Below, in pieces: positions 6,707-7,281 of a stretch of DNA of 7,281 nt; position 1 is the stretch's first letter; every line of letters starts with the position of its first letter. This stretch comes from Octopus sinensis. Lineage: Eukaryota. Made by a program: the position numbers and the translations under genes. A model generated the notes under the pieces. That model did not search any database and was not told the origin of the DNA. It was given only the letters and a program-made list of their open reading frames with translations. The DNA is taken from contig NW_021828936.1 of NCBI RefSeq assembly GCF_006345805.1, positions 1-7,281 on the forward strand, written 5' to 3'.

Positions 6707-6726
6707 TATATATATATATATATATG

Positions 6727-6952
6727 TCTCTTTTTTCTCTTTTCTCTTTTTCTCTTTTACTTGTTTCAGTCATTTGACTGCGGCCATGCTGGGGCACCGC
6801 CTTTAGTCGAGCCAATCGACCCTGGGACTTATTCTTTGTTAGACTGTATCGGTCTCTTTTTGCCGAACCGCTAAGTGACGGAGACGTAAACGCACCAGCA
6901 TCGGTTGTCAAGCAATGCTACGGGGACAAACACAGACACACAAGCACACACA
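6727..6952 (-). mobile_element. 3' half of SINE family 1 with (AAAAGAG)-type tail
   Basis: Collinear with 85-275 (TTTTACTTGTTTCAGTCATTTGACT...CCAGCATCGGTTGTCAAGC). CTCTTTT repeats at 6728-6758 are the tail. Confidence 0.88.
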
Positions 6953-6971
6953 TATATACATATATATATAT

Positions 6972-7215
6972 ATCATCATCATCATCATCATCATCATTTA
7001 GCGTCCGTTCTCCATGCTAGCATGGGTTGGACGGTTCAACTGGGGTCTGTGAAGCTGGAAGGCTTCATCAGGCCCAGTCAGATCTGGCAGTGTTTCTACG
7101 GCTGGATGCCCTTCCTAACGCCAACCACTCCGTGAGTGTAGTGGGTGCTTTTAACGTGCCACCTGCACAGGTGCCAGACAGAGCTGGCAAACAGCCATGA
7201 ACGGATGGTGCTTTT
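6972..7215 (-). mobile_element. 5'-truncated copy of the (GAT)n-tailed retroposon
   Basis: (ATC)n at 6972-6997. The reverse complement aligns to about 2877-3115 and includes one repeat unit. Confidence 0.88.
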
Positions 7216-7281
7216 GTATACGTATGTATGTATATATATGTGTGTGTGTATGTATGTATGTATCTATATGTATGTATATGC
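7216..7281. repeat. (TATG)n/(TA)n/(TG)n microsatellite
   Basis: Directly visible. Confidence 0.85.

Noticed and set aside
7045-7075. Hammerhead ribozyme core CTGATGA on the minus strand
   Set aside because: The following stem is not closed by GAAA, and the paralogous copy reads CTGGTGC at this position.

Overview
Repeat-dense, AT-rich eukaryotic (metazoan) intronic or intergenic DNA. The SINE families and the (TA)n/(TG)n load resemble an octopod cephalopod genome; this is my recall and not a database result. I see no credible intact protein-coding gene: the supplied ORFs are mostly microsatellite or SINE read-throughs. About half the window is tRNA-derived SINEs of about four families, including a nested insertion with a 17-bp TSD and module-swapped chimeras. 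There are also two opposite-strand copies of a (GAT)n-tailed retroposon, one with a tandem array of predicted hairpin+pseudoknot units, and a decayed Gypsy-integrase-like relic. The main unexplained feature is a CpG-rich block at about 570-1241. It carries promoter-type motifs (ETS, CCAAT, Sp/KLF, E2F, NRF1), two divergent splice donors, and a 437-bp segment bracketed by an 18-bp direct repeat that contains a 57-bp-arm foldback with a perfect 21-bp core.
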